Source: a phage. From it: DNA of 64,000 nucleotides. Below, in pieces: positions 46,130 to 56,885 of this stretch. The notes beneath the pieces were generated by a model. That model did no database searches. It had not been told where the DNA came from and saw only the letters and a program-made list of their open reading frames with translations. Position 1 is the stretch's first letter; each line of letters opens with the position of its first letter. The stretch lies in the sequence record PX667085.1; one strand, written 5' to 3'. Position numbers and translations under genes: made by a program.

Positions 46130-47740
46130 TTATACTATATTGATGGTCCCCGATATACTTATGGCTCTTGCTGAACCGTCAGATACATCTGTCCAGTGTG
46201 CGTACCGAGTAGTTCCATCTATGAATGTTAATAAGAACTTAGCTGTATTATCTGACACCACCTCTAAGGAAACATCGTATAATTGTTTAGCTGAGTTTGC
46301 TGTAGCATAGTAAAATGCGTACAGGCCGCCCCTAACTGTACCTCCAAATCCAGATTTAATGCCATAAACAGGAGCTATATTTACAATTACATCACCTGTT
46401 GCTGACGGTATAGCTGCTACTGTTGTAGCTATGGAAAAACTTAATGTGTTATACCATATTCCAGAGGTCAGAGTTTGGCTCGACATCGTTACACCATCAG
46501 CACTTGCAAGAACAGCCCCTGAATTGGGTCCAAAGGTCATTCCTGTACGCATTTTTTCAGCATATCCATAACCTGAAATGTGATTTCTGGCTATCCCTGA
46601 ATTGTTTTCAAATGAAATCCATATGTCTGTTACATATTGCTCACCCGAAACCTGAAAATCTTTTATTGTCGATCTTTGAGTCGTGGTGATCATTGGTAAG
46701 GTACTTTTTGCTACTGTGTCATGTCTGGACGGTAATACAAGAATCCCATCAAGAACGCAGTCCCATGCATCACAAATTACACCAACCCCACCATTACTTC
46801 TAGATGGTGCATTATTGGTGTTTTTCCTTACCGGAGTATCAAGAATAATATTTGAATATGTAGAAAAACCTGCGTTCTCTGTGATTACGATACCAACATT
46901 CATCTTCCCCATCACGCCTACGCGATTATCAACAGTGTTTCCCCAGGGGTGTGCTTTATCAACCACATTTGCGCTCTTATTAAACTTTAGCCCAATTGAA
47001 TAACCAACTGGCGAAAGTTCACTAAACCAACTGTCAGTTGAATTACTTTCAAATCCTACAGAGTTATCAAGCCTTGTATTTGCTACAACCATCGTGAATT
47101 TGCTGGCTTTTCCTTCGTAGTTGTTCGTCTCATAGAACCCGCCATTATTAAAACCGATGATTGCCCCTCCTTCGTAAGTCCATCCGTAGCAATGGCGAAC
47201 ACAAACACCTTTAGCAGAAATACCTGTTGTGTAATCCTCTGCTACTAAGAAGAGGTTATAGCAATTTGTTTTGTTAGCTTTAGTAAAGTGATGGGAACTG
47301 CTGTATGTAGGAGTATCTGCTCCACCATCCATTATATAAGCATATTCAGCAGTTAATCCTGACTTAACTTTAGCTACAGCGTTCCATCGCACAGTTACAT
47401 TCTCTTTGTGCATAATAGGAAGGGATGTAAAGAGTATGTCCTCATTGACGAATAGTGTGCCACCACCATTAGCTGACAACTCAGACATCGCGGCGTTAAA
47501 ACCTTCTTCTCCGGCCCCCCATCCCCGTACATCACCTTCATCTCTCCAGCGTGACATTTGAAGTTCTGGGTACTTGGTAGCTCCAGAAATATCTTTTAAC
47601 TGGGTGGCTAAAACCACCCCAGTGTCAGTAAGAAAGTTGGAAACTGTGCTTTTAACAGTCTTATCAGGTTGGTCTAAAACCAGGTAATCAGAACCATTAA
47701 CTTTTGATGTTTCGGGTAAATTAGTAATTGTAGTTGACAT
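46130..47740 (-). CDS. virion structural protein (536 aa)
   Basis: Large ORF within the tail/baseplate operon. Confidence 0.5.
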   Translation of the reverse strand: MSTTITNLPETSKVNGSDYLVLDQPDKTVKSTVSNFLTDTGVVLATQLKDISGATKYPELQMSRWRDEGDVRGWGAGEEGFNAAMSELSANGGGTLFVNEDILFTSLPIMHKENVTVRWNAVAKVKSGLTAEYAYIMDGGADTPTYSSSHHFTKANKTNCYNLFLVAEDYTTGISAKGVCVRHCYGWTYEGGAIIGFNNGGFYETNNYEGKASKFTMVVANTRLDNSVGFESNSTDSWFSELSPVGYSIGLKFNKSANVVDKAHPWGNTVDNRVGVMGKMNVGIVITENAGFSTYSNIILDTPVRKNTNNAPSRSNGGVGVICDAWDCVLDGILVLPSRHDTVAKSTLPMITTTQRSTIKDFQVSGEQYVTDIWISFENNSGIARNHISGYGYAEKMRTGMTFGPNSGAVLASADGVTMSSQTLTSGIWYNTLSFSIATTVAAIPSATGDVIVNIAPVYGIKSGFGGTVRGGLYAFYYATANSAKQLYDVSLEVVSDNTAKFLLTFIDGTTRYAHWTDVSDGSARAISISGTINIV

Positions 47741-47748
47741 TTTTACTC

Positions 47749-49902
47749 CTATATATAAAATTTTTGTGTTGTTACTAAATCTTCTCCAGATTTAGTGGCT
47801 AATGTAATTCCACTTATGGTGGCAATCTCAACATTTACCTGTTTAAGAGTGATATCCTGTAAATAAACGTTCAAAGGCACGTTACCCATATAGAAAACTT
47901 GGGATTGAGAATTAACTACCGTGATAGAATCGTGCATTATTTGAGGATAGGCCCATATATATTGTGTAAGTCCATTGAACTTATTGGCGTTCAACACTAT
48001 GTTACCTATAATCATCTTCCAAAGATATGTGCGGTAGTTTGATTCAGGATCAAAGCCATACAAAGGTGCAAGAGTAGCATCTGGAACAAAACCTGCAAGA
48101 TAGTGAATATCAGAATATTCAAAACCTAATTTTTCATGTGGTATGGTAATTGCATCAAATGCTTTCATCATTTTACCTTCCAGAAGCCAGTCGTAACACT
48201 CCGAACAGTAAAAATCAAAAGCTTCAGGAATGTAGTAATCAGACGGAAAGTTAACTTTCTCCATCAACCCGTTGCCAATAATTGATGGTAAGAATGGAAG
48301 CAATGTTACTTTAGCTCCTGGATAAGTTGCTCTAGTATCTGTTGCAAACTTTGTAACTCTTAACCCTAGTTTACGAGACAAAAATGCATAGTATTCGTCA
48401 AATGGCGTTCCTGTTTTATAATTATCTATTGTTCCTGCATCTTGTGCAAATAAGCCTGTTTCTGTATTGAATGCCAGTTTGGTAGTGTAATCATATATAC
48501 AAGGCATTTTACTTGCTGTATTATACCACCACCAAGGTTCACCAATTTGAATGACGACTGGAATATTGTTAGCTTGAGAAATAGATGCTATTTTGTTAAT
48601 AACATTTTGCAAATATTCCATACCTTCATCAATTGTTGGAGATAACACATAACTAGGCGGCTCATAACCTGTTGCTGCAAGAGCATCGTTCCAATCATGT
48701 TGAACCCATTCTACAGGACAAACTGTGCTCATCAACTCAAAACTCAAAGAGTTCATTATTGTGTAGCCATTTTCATTAGCTATAGAATGGAAACTGTTAA
48801 GCCAAGCTTCTGTAGCCGGATTCAGGAAAACAGATCTATTCAAAGCCCAAGATGTTCCGTTCCATGAGAACTCATAATAGTGAGACATTCCGTTGTAATG
48901 GTTAATCATTCCACGATAACCTAGTGCATATGTATTATAAATAACTCTCTCTGGAGTCAGGTTATACATATCATCATAAGATGTGCACATGCGAATATCA
49001 TGTTCAGGCTGGACAAGGTTGCTGACTTTCATCATACTGTAACCAGAAGTAGGTTCAAGAAGAGTGAAAGTAAACCAAGCCTCTTGACTGGCAATAGGCA
49101 CAATCTCTTCTATTTCTTCATACCTTGCTGTAATCAAAGAGAAGAAAATATTATCTACAGCACTCATATCCAAAGGAATATCATTATTAGGGCCAGAAAA
49201 GATATTACCAAAATCTAACTTGATTGTGGCTGTTTTACCATCTTCTGAAATATCTGAAGCGTAGAATCCTAAACTGACATAATGAACACTTTTATCCAAG
49301 AGAGTTACAGTCAAAGTCGGCACCAAAGGTTCTTCTTTAAAACCTGGCATGTTTTGACTAATTTCCATTTTAAACCAAAGTTTCTCTGAACTTAAATCTG
49401 TGTGGGGTAAATACCCAACACCTTTGTGATCATATTTGTCAACTGTGCTCCAGATAACCCCTGCCAAACCTGCTGTTGTTCTGTTTACAAATCTTGCAGT
49501 AAAAGAGTCTCCATGAGATACAATAGAACAACTTTCCGTTGCTTGAGAATCTATTGTCCAATACATAGGAGAGAACATTTTAACGTCTTTTGTAGTCCAA
49601 GTTATTGGAGTAGTATTTTCTTGGATAGTAGTTATAATACAATTGATGGTTGTTTCAACCATCATGTTATTTTGACTAATCCCTGAAACTTGGAGGGAGA
49701 AGTTAAGATCTATTGAGTTCTTTGGTCGTTCAAATACTTCAACCACAATAGTAGCAGAATCAGCATCATCAGGGAACACAAGTGTTCCCGATTTTGCAAT
49801 ATAATCTCTACCAGCGACTGCTGTTCCATCAACAGTCGTGTAGTTAAATGAACTCGCATTTACTCTCTTGTCTCGCGTGACAGTAAATATAGCTTGTTTC
49901 AT
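47749..49902 (-). CDS. virion structural protein (717 aa)
   Basis: Large ORF tightly packed in the tail operon. Confidence 0.5.
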   Translation of the reverse strand: MKQAIFTVTRDKRVNASSFNYTTVDGTAVAGRDYIAKSGTLVFPDDADSATIVVEVFERPKNSIDLNFSLQVSGISQNNMMVETTINCIITTIQENTTPITWTTKDVKMFSPMYWTIDSQATESCSIVSHGDSFTARFVNRTTAGLAGVIWSTVDKYDHKGVGYLPHTDLSSEKLWFKMEISQNMPGFKEEPLVPTLTVTLLDKSVHYVSLGFYASDISEDGKTATIKLDFGNIFSGPNNDIPLDMSAVDNIFFSLITARYEEIEEIVPIASQEAWFTFTLLEPTSGYSMMKVSNLVQPEHDIRMCTSYDDMYNLTPERVIYNTYALGYRGMINHYNGMSHYYEFSWNGTSWALNRSVFLNPATEAWLNSFHSIANENGYTIMNSLSFELMSTVCPVEWVQHDWNDALAATGYEPPSYVLSPTIDEGMEYLQNVINKIASISQANNIPVVIQIGEPWWWYNTASKMPCIYDYTTKLAFNTETGLFAQDAGTIDNYKTGTPFDEYYAFLSRKLGLRVTKFATDTRATYPGAKVTLLPFLPSIIGNGLMEKVNFPSDYYIPEAFDFYCSECYDWLLEGKMMKAFDAITIPHEKLGFEYSDIHYLAGFVPDATLAPLYGFDPESNYRTYLWKMIIGNIVLNANKFNGLTQYIWAYPQIMHDSITVVNSQSQVFYMGNVPLNVYLQDITLKQVNVEIATISGITLATKSGEDLVTTQKFYI

Positions 49903-49910
49903 TTTACCCC

Positions 49911-52787
49911 TTACTCAGTAACGTCCACACTAATGTTTGCCATTGTCAAAACAGTAAGTGCAGGAATATTGCTCGAATCCAAAACAGGTAATGCATTTTG
50001 GGGATTAAGTTTTTTGTATAAAGCATACAACCCAAAACCACGTAACAACTCTCCAGCGTGGAAGCCAAAGAAGACTCCGTTATCACTGTCTGGTCTAGGA
50101 GCGGCACTCCAACAACCATTCATAACGTGATTAGGACCAAGAACAATATAATTTTCCTGAATAAGTTCAAAACAGCGGTCTGCTACTATTTTAATGTTAG
50201 GAATTTCTGAATCATATCCAGCCATCCCCATTATAGCACATCCCGCCATAAAGAGCGCAGACATGTGACTTGTAAAGTCATCTACAGGCGCAGCCACTTC
50301 TCCGTTAGGATAAAATATTGTTGGTGTTCTTCCTTCGTTGTTATCTTGGAACCACTTCAGATAGTTGATCCAGTTTTTACAAACTGTTAAAAGTTTTTCA
50401 GGAACTTCTGCTCCTCGTTGTTTCAGTTCGTATACTGTATGACACGCACAGAAGAATGCTCGTGCTTCATAACCATCCCAAGCTTTATCGTTCCAATGAT
50501 ACATTGTGAACTCATTCTTGTTTCCGTATTTATGAGCATCCCAACGATCCCAAACATAAGCTTGTGCCATTGGCCCAGGCATTACAGGGGCAAACTTATT
50601 ATAAAACCACATTTGTGAATCATATAAAAAGTCTATACTGTTGTTCATACGAACCCAGTCAATATCTCTCCCTTTAAAACAATATAAGGATGGGTATTGA
50701 TAACCTGGGTAAGGAATACCACGCCAACCGTCATATAATGCTGTATTAGGATCACTAATATTGGAAAATGGAATGATTCCTGGAGTATAATTCAAACTGT
50801 CAAGTTTGTAGTCCAGTATTGTACAATCTCCAAGTTTTGCTGTATAAGGATTTTCAGATGAAACTGTAACCCTGAAATACATTGTGTAATCATCACCAGC
50901 GGCTGAAGAATACAAAGATGGGATATCGTTAACGCAATAAAAGTCGATTGCCCCTGTCAAGCCATTTGCAGGTTCAGAATCCAATGCAATGTTGATCTGA
51001 TCAACAGCAGTCAGGTTTATTGACGAAGGTTTTGTCTCTGTGTCATCGTGATTAGGTTGCCAAGTACTTAATTTGAAATCAGCAGGACTTAAAGCTTTAG
51101 TAACCCATGCAGAATTTGTTTTTTCTAACATAGCCCACCATCTCCAACCTGCGGAATCCGTAATAGTGATGTTAAAATCATCTGCGTATGAACGATACGT
51201 AATAGATTTTAAATTGGCTGTTTTAGTTGGTGTTAACCAAAACCCAATAGTAAAACCACCATCTGAATCCATATTAGCAGAAACTATCTGATCACTATTT
51301 GTCCCAGCAATACCAGTTGCATATTTATATTGTATCACAGTATTGCTTCCCCAGTCAACAATGATTCTAGGTTCAGCAATAATATATACACCACCTCCAG
51401 GAGGTTCAGTGCGCATAAAACTGGATAAAGGTATATCCATCTTAGTCATATTAGCTGCACCAAGAGGTAAGCCACAACGATATGTCACTGTGTCTGTTTC
51501 ACTCTTAGTCTTGCTTAATTCTAACTCTGGACGGAAAAGAACACCTTCCCCTGCATCATCTACGCCTTGAAACTCAATACGTAGTTTTGAATTCTGATCC
51601 ACTCTGAACCAAACTGCCTGTTGTTCTAGAGTTGTTTGTGCTGCAACATCTTGGCGAATTACTGTGTATCCTAATTCGTCACGAGAATATTTAGGTATTG
51701 CTGTAGATGGGTATGAGTAATCATAAGAAATACCATCTGTAAAAGGAATTATTGCTGTCGTAGATCTACGGAAGAATTTATCAAACATATCGATGTTTGA
51801 GTAGTCTTGACACAGCAATAAAGAAGATTGCCAGCAAAGCCAGTATTTTCTCTCTCCTGTGATCTGATACATCAAGTAGTTTGCATCACACCACCACGTT
51901 TCAGCATCGGAAGCATTATCTTGATAACCTAACTCTACCGGAACGTTTACAGGACGGTTATGCCACATCTCATTACGTTTAAGTAGATACCCACCGTGTT
52001 CTACAGGGTTGCATGTAGCATAGTTGAATTTATAGTCACCGTTCACAGAAGCGTTTTTAAGTTGCACTGTTCCATATTCTGCAAAGCTATGACCAGTAGA
52101 TAAAATGTTACCATCCCAATCAACTTTACGTCCTAGACGGTCTATAATCCATTCAACGTCCCACTGATCTCCATATTCTTTCCAGTTGGTTGAACCATCT
52201 GGGTTAGTTGCATACACTGTTGCGTTAACAGAGTTCCAACCAAGATTACCATTGAAAGCAAACCAAGCTTTATCTAAGTATTCTCCCCAGTGTGGCGCAC
52301 CTTTAGGAATAATAGTCCTTCCGTTAATCCAAGTCATCATGCTACCTTTGAACCCACCGTGCGTAGGATACCCATCATCTGTGAGAGGGTAATGTGCTAA
52401 ACGTGGTTCTTTACCATTGATGATCCAGTTGGGACGATATTTAGCCGGAGGATCAGGAATAGGTTGGCCCCCGAAGAAGTGATCTATATAAGCTTGCCAA
52501 TACTTCTCGGCAGATTCAAGATATTTTTTATCCCCTGTAGCCAAATATGCATAAGCAAAACCAGTGATAAGCACAGATTGACCTTCGGTAGTAGCGTCAC
52601 CGTTTGGTTGCCCTTCCTGCGCTGTCCAGTTAATAAAGTGTCTGTTGTTCGCCAATACGTTTTGTGGGTTGATAATGTAATGCTGAACCGTAGGATCTAT
52701 GGTAAGCCCAGTATTTCTTTCCAAAAACTGAACCAACCCTTCAATCAACTGAAACGTGTTGTCAATATTGTGCTTAACTCTTGACAT
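49911..52787 (-). CDS. large virion protein (958 aa), possible receptor-binding or glycan-degrading protein
   Basis: Trp/Tyr-rich; position among baseplate/fibre genes; function not recognisable. Confidence 0.5.
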   Translation of the reverse strand: MSRVKHNIDNTFQLIEGLVQFLERNTGLTIDPTVQHYIINPQNVLANNRHFINWTAQEGQPNGDATTEGQSVLITGFAYAYLATGDKKYLESAEKYWQAYIDHFFGGQPIPDPPAKYRPNWIINGKEPRLAHYPLTDDGYPTHGGFKGSMMTWINGRTIIPKGAPHWGEYLDKAWFAFNGNLGWNSVNATVYATNPDGSTNWKEYGDQWDVEWIIDRLGRKVDWDGNILSTGHSFAEYGTVQLKNASVNGDYKFNYATCNPVEHGGYLLKRNEMWHNRPVNVPVELGYQDNASDAETWWCDANYLMYQITGERKYWLCWQSSLLLCQDYSNIDMFDKFFRRSTTAIIPFTDGISYDYSYPSTAIPKYSRDELGYTVIRQDVAAQTTLEQQAVWFRVDQNSKLRIEFQGVDDAGEGVLFRPELELSKTKSETDTVTYRCGLPLGAANMTKMDIPLSSFMRTEPPGGGVYIIAEPRIIVDWGSNTVIQYKYATGIAGTNSDQIVSANMDSDGGFTIGFWLTPTKTANLKSITYRSYADDFNITITDSAGWRWWAMLEKTNSAWVTKALSPADFKLSTWQPNHDDTETKPSSINLTAVDQINIALDSEPANGLTGAIDFYCVNDIPSLYSSAAGDDYTMYFRVTVSSENPYTAKLGDCTILDYKLDSLNYTPGIIPFSNISDPNTALYDGWRGIPYPGYQYPSLYCFKGRDIDWVRMNNSIDFLYDSQMWFYNKFAPVMPGPMAQAYVWDRWDAHKYGNKNEFTMYHWNDKAWDGYEARAFFCACHTVYELKQRGAEVPEKLLTVCKNWINYLKWFQDNNEGRTPTIFYPNGEVAAPVDDFTSHMSALFMAGCAIMGMAGYDSEIPNIKIVADRCFELIQENYIVLGPNHVMNGCWSAAPRPDSDNGVFFGFHAGELLRGFGLYALYKKLNPQNALPVLDSSNIPALTVLTMANISVDVTE

Positions 52788-53260
52788 TAAATAACTCCTG
52801 CTAAAACTAAGCTACCTGTCCAAGTTGCACCATTATCATAACTGATAAACTCAAAAGTGTCTGTTGCACCTTGACGATAACTCAAAACTGGGGGACGACC
52901 AAAACTCCATTTTACAGAAGAAGGCCATACGACTTTATTTGCACCACTTCCTTGACGCAAAGCTAAAGTAAAGTTTAAAACTGCATTTGTTGCTACTGGA
53001 ATATTAGTAAAACTAATTGTGCACGTTGCAGAAGATAAAGTTGCTGAAAAATATTCTGCTGAACTAATATCTAATGCCAAGGTGCTAGTTACTGTTCCCC
53101 GTGCATTCAGACGGTTTCTAGTTACCCCTGCACCACTCAACAGCACTTTCAAAGAAGTTTTCTTTGTTATTCCAGCCTGATCTGTTACAAAGAAATCTGT
53201 ATCAGATACAGAGGTTGTTTGTGTAAGATCAGAAATTTTGATCGTAGTTAAATCTGCCAT
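52787..53260 (-). CDS. virion structural protein (157 aa)
   Basis: Start/stop overlap with neighbours. Confidence 0.5.
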   Translation of the reverse strand: MADLTTIKISDLTQTTSVSDTDFFVTDQAGITKKTSLKVLLSGAGVTRNRLNARGTVTSTLALDISSAEYFSATLSSATCTISFTNIPVATNAVLNFTLALRQGSGANKVVWPSSVKWSFGRPPVLSYRQGATDTFEFISYDNGATWTGSLVLAGVI

Positions 53261-53886
53261 TACTCTTCTACTCCTGTCATAGCTGTTATACCGAAATCAT
53301 TGTTTGTAGCTAATGCATCACCTTTTTCGTTAACCATGATTCTTTCCACTGCTGACTCTGTGGACCATTCATTCCACCAAGTAGAGTAGGTATCACGTGG
53401 CAAACCAACAAAGTTGATAAAGCGATAAAGTCTATTCGAATTCTCAACAATACTGTAAGCTTCACAAATGATCGCTGCATTGTCTTCGCCAGCTTCAGGG
53501 TAAATAAACTCTTCAGAAGGTTGAGTATTGAATATAGATGTTACTGTATCTGCTCCAACTGTGACCATAACTGTCATTGAGTAATAACGTTGGTCCATAT
53601 CATAAGCAGATTTATAACTGTTTATTGTATCGATGTAAACGTTTTTGGCAATCTCTGCTAAAAATATTCTGTCTACAATATCTTTCTTTCTGGCAACACC
53701 AATAATCTCTTGTAAGTAAGGAACACCAAAGTTAGTATTTAAAAACCACTCCCCACGATACGTGTTCAGAGTTATCCCAAGAGTTTGTGCTGCAATTTCT
53801 GTTCTGGTTGTGGTAAGGACCAAATCCCCATCGTCCATGATGAGGTCGTTGTTTGGTCCAAGTTTTAAGTCAAAAGGGATTCCCAT
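53260..53886 (-). CDS. baseplate protein (gp25/gpW-like or XkdS-like, tentative)
   Basis: RGEWFLNTNFGVPY resembles the gp25-type motif; baseplate position. Confidence 0.4.
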   Translation of the reverse strand: MGIPFDLKLGPNNDLIMDDGDLVLTTTRTEIAAQTLGITLNTYRGEWFLNTNFGVPYLQEIIGVARKKDIVDRIFLAEIAKNVYIDTINSYKSAYDMDQRYYSMTVMVTVGADTVTSIFNTQPSEEFIYPEAGEDNAAIICEAYSIVENSNRLYRFINFVGLPRDTYSTWWNEWSTESAVERIMVNEKGDALATNNDFGITAMTGVEE

Positions 53887-53887
53887 G

Positions 53888-54622
53888 TTAGGCTCCTGTT
53901 GGTTTTAAGGACTCGGCACTTGAGCTACCGCTCTGAATGTTACGAACCGTGTGCGTGTGAGTATGGAATCCGATGCCATTACCATCTGTCATCAAACCGT
54001 TCTGATCTATTTTAAGACCATTGATATCTGCTACGCCGCCTTTGAAAGTTAAATTACCACCTTTTAGATCCAAAGTCCCTGTGCCATCTGTAATAGTAAT
54101 ACCGGAGGTAGTAATGTCTATTTTCATCCCTTGACTATTCCATATTGAAATATTACCTGTAGGGTCGAAAGAAGCGTACGTGTTTTTGTTATTAGAAATA
54201 ACTACCTTTTCAGAATCTACAGCTTCTGTTGAATCTGTTCCTGTAGCTATTTTGGGAATAAAACAAATAGGGTATAATCCACAAGGCTGCATAAAAGTGG
54301 ATGATGAAGAAGTTTCCCCACTAGTTTGCAGTGCATTAGAAGGATCTCGTTCAGAAAATATAACGGTCCCTAAATCTCCTGATTTAATAGGGAATGAGAT
54401 TCTTCCTGTCCCACCACCATTAACCATGAAAGGAACATCTTCAAAAGTAGGATAATCTATTTCATCTTCACTAGATCGTGTGTTTTTAACAATAGATTCT
54501 AAGGTGACAGTCTTAGCACCATAATTAACGCCAGTCACACGGACTGGCAAGGCTGTATGGACTTCTGCTAATTGTTCTGTCATTAAGCCACGCATTGCTG
54601 TGACAAAATTCAATGCATCCAT
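53888..54622 (-). CDS. baseplate hub/spike-like protein (tentative)
   Basis: Position and Gly/Thr-rich C-terminal half. Confidence 0.4.
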   Translation of the reverse strand: MDALNFVTAMRGLMTEQLAEVHTALPVRVTGVNYGAKTVTLESIVKNTRSSEDEIDYPTFEDVPFMVNGGGTGRISFPIKSGDLGTVIFSERDPSNALQTSGETSSSSTFMQPCGLYPICFIPKIATGTDSTEAVDSEKVVISNNKNTYASFDPTGNISIWNSQGMKIDITTSGITITDGTGTLDLKGGNLTFKGGVADINGLKIDQNGLMTDGNGIGFHTHTHTVRNIQSGSSSAESLKPTGA

Positions 54623-55632
54623 TATTTCTCCTTAGTCATTATTTCAGACACGGATACACACTCCACTTCAGTAACCCACTCTTTACCTTCTTTATCTCCG
54701 TTGTGAGAAACAGAAACTACTTTAAATGGACCATCATAATCTCGGCTTTTTAACCAGATTGTTTTTTCTGGTAATATTGCACCATTCATTTGGCATTTGA
54801 ATTTAACACCATCTGTAGGTTTCTTTGCCTTCTTAGATGACTTGGTAACTTTTTTAGTAGGTTTTATATCGTTGTGGAATGGTTCTGGACTTCCTATCAG
54901 ACCAGTTTCAGGGCTAATGTAGGCGCTACGTGCACTAGACATTTGTGAACGAGGAGTGACATAAACAGATCCATCTTGTATTGACACATTGTGATCAATA
55001 CTTTTACAAATATGTTCTAGGTAATGTGAAGTGTTTCCACACATAGCTGTTGCTGAGGATAAGGTTTGATCATTATCTACGTGTATATTACCTTCTGTAG
55101 TTCCTAAATCCTTTACCAAATCTGTCACAACACGTTTGATTTTAGTTCCTTTTGGATAACTGCGGCTTGTTCTTGCTTCTGCAATGTTAATACCGCCATC
55201 CAAACAGTGTAAAGTGGTTTTCCTGTCTACCGAGTCAAAAGTATCACTAACCCACTGGATAGTTCCTTTGAAGACCATAACCAACTCTTCACCTTCGTAT
55301 CCTACCGCTAAAGCAACAGCCAAGTTATTTCGGATACCACGGTTTATATAGTTAACAGTATCATCCGAAAGGTTATAAACTACAATCTCTGCTTGGTTAG
55401 GATCTTTGTTATTATCTTTCTTAATACTGAAGGTTATTTGATGGTCTTGCAACAAATACAAATTAGAAGAGGATTTTTCTGTTGTTCCTAACTTGGTATC
55501 CAAATCTACTGTAGATTTAAATGCCGAGTTCTTAGTTCTCTTCTGTATTGTGTTTGTGGCAGAACCAATTAATAATTTGTATGCCCTGTTTAAATTAGGG
55601 GCAGGAGCTTTTGTATACTCTCTTTCTGCCAT
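54622..55632 (-). CDS. baseplate/tail protein (336 aa)
   Basis: Operon position downstream of tape measure. Confidence 0.45.
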   Translation of the reverse strand: MAEREYTKAPAPNLNRAYKLLIGSATNTIQKRTKNSAFKSTVDLDTKLGTTEKSSSNLYLLQDHQITFSIKKDNNKDPNQAEIVVYNLSDDTVNYINRGIRNNLAVALAVGYEGEELVMVFKGTIQWVSDTFDSVDRKTTLHCLDGGINIAEARTSRSYPKGTKIKRVVTDLVKDLGTTEGNIHVDNDQTLSSATAMCGNTSHYLEHICKSIDHNVSIQDGSVYVTPRSQMSSARSAYISPETGLIGSPEPFHNDIKPTKKVTKSSKKAKKPTDGVKFKCQMNGAILPEKTIWLKSRDYDGPFKVVSVSHNGDKEGKEWVTEVECVSVSEIMTKEK

Positions 55633-55641
55633 ATTATCTCC

Positions 55642-56055
55642 TTACGCCTGATTAGGTTTGTTATCAATATAAACCAATACAAAACGTTTATCTCGACCTG
55701 TAGTTGTATACCCAGGACGACCATTAATCTTAACTGTATCTACTATATACAATTGACCATCTGGCACACTTTCAAGATATTTATAAGGTTTAAGAAGATC
55801 TAAACCATTTGTAACTTTGAAACTTATACTTGGATCATCTCCAGATAATCCAATCTGACATTGCCAAGACTCGTCCCTAGTGTTCCACCTTAAACGAATG
55901 TCATAATCAACTCCATCCAATGTAACTGTATATGTTTGATCAGGATACTCTTCAGTTTTCAGATACCATGCAAAATAAGTAGAATGGTCCTCTAGATAAA
56001 CTGCACTGTAGCCTGTATTACTTGTAGACCTTGTTGTTTTAGAATAAGTTGTCAC
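55642..56055 (-). CDS. tail/baseplate protein (137 aa)
   Basis: Operon position. Confidence 0.45.
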   Translation of the reverse strand: MTTYSKTTRSTSNTGYSAVYLEDHSTYFAWYLKTEEYPDQTYTVTLDGVDYDIRLRWNTRDESWQCQIGLSGDDPSISFKVTNGLDLLKPYKYLESVPDGQLYIVDTVKINGRPGYTTTGRDKRFVLVYIDNKPNQA

Positions 56056-56057
56056 TA

Positions 56058-56759
56058 TTAACCTCCGTTGTTTGTTGGGGTATTAGTAGCTTCAGCAGTT
56101 CTTACTGTAATATCTGACTTAGGACCATTCGAAGCAACTTGACCTTTCACATCACCACCAGTCGATTTATTTGGTGCTGTTTTTACAGCAATAGCATTAG
56201 TAGTGGCCTTAGAAACGAGACGGATTTGTTCAAACTCTAAATCAAATTGCATAGCAAATTCAGATTTATAATCATAAGAGTAGCCTTTGAGAATAACATT
56301 TTCAAAAGTCCTGTGTTCTGTCAAAAGAACTATTGGTTGTCTTGACTCAAATATTTGATCTAGATATTCTATTGCTTGAGAAATCCTTGCCCCATTTACA
56401 CCTGCACTGTATAATTGATCTCGCATAAGCCGAATTGGTGTTTCGGTAATTATACCTGAAAGTTTAAATCTGTTGTTTTTTATTTGAACGTGGTCACTTA
56501 CATCCGATCCTGATTCTACTGGAAAACTTGTAACATCTGCCTCACGAGTTACACCTACTTCAGGGACCGAATCGAAAGTAATTGCTTTAAAGTTTTGAAT
56601 GTATTGATCACTTGAACTATTATAAACACTTGCTAAAATGCAGAAACCATTATCACCCTTTACAGTAGATGCCGAGGTATTTTTATTCTCGGTAGAGTTG
56701 ATTTCCTGTTCTGCCTTATAGACGGCTCTCACCGACTGTTGTGGAGTCATTGCTGCCAT
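56058..56759 (-). CDS. tail/baseplate protein (233 aa)
   Basis: First gene after an internal promoter; GAGG ribosome binding site. Confidence 0.5.
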   Translation of the reverse strand: MAAMTPQQSVRAVYKAEQEINSTENKNTSASTVKGDNGFCILASVYNSSSDQYIQNFKAITFDSVPEVGVTREADVTSFPVESGSDVSDHVQIKNNRFKLSGIITETPIRLMRDQLYSAGVNGARISQAIEYLDQIFESRQPIVLLTEHRTFENVILKGYSYDYKSEFAMQFDLEFEQIRLVSKATTNAIAVKTAPNKSTGGDVKGQVASNGPKSDITVRTAEATNTPTNNGG

Positions 56760-56789
56760 GATAACCTCGTAGTAATGATAATGCCAAAA

Positions 56790-56808
56790 GGAAGATGCAA
56801 GATCTTCC
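56790..56808 (-). promoter_or_regulatory. hairpin in 5-prime UTR of the 56058-56759 transcript
   Basis: ggaagat/atcttcc 7 bp stem between promoter and ribosome binding site. Confidence 0.35.
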
Positions 56809-56818
56809 CATATTGATT

Positions 56819-56848
56819 ATTGTAACACATATAGAAACTTCGTGTCAA
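56819..56848 (-). promoter_or_regulatory. sigma70-like promoter with extended -10 (TTGACA, 18 nt spacer, TGtTACAAT)
   Basis: Reverse complement reads TTGACA...TGTTACAAT. Confidence 0.55.
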
Positions 56849-56850
56849 GG

Positions 56851-56878
56851 GAAACGAAAAAACCCCGCCGAAGCGAGG
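56851..56878 (-). terminator. rho-independent terminator (minus strand)
   Basis: ccucgc-UUCG-gcgggg hairpin (one G-U pair) followed by U6. Confidence 0.6.
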
Positions 56879-56885
56879 TATTTTA

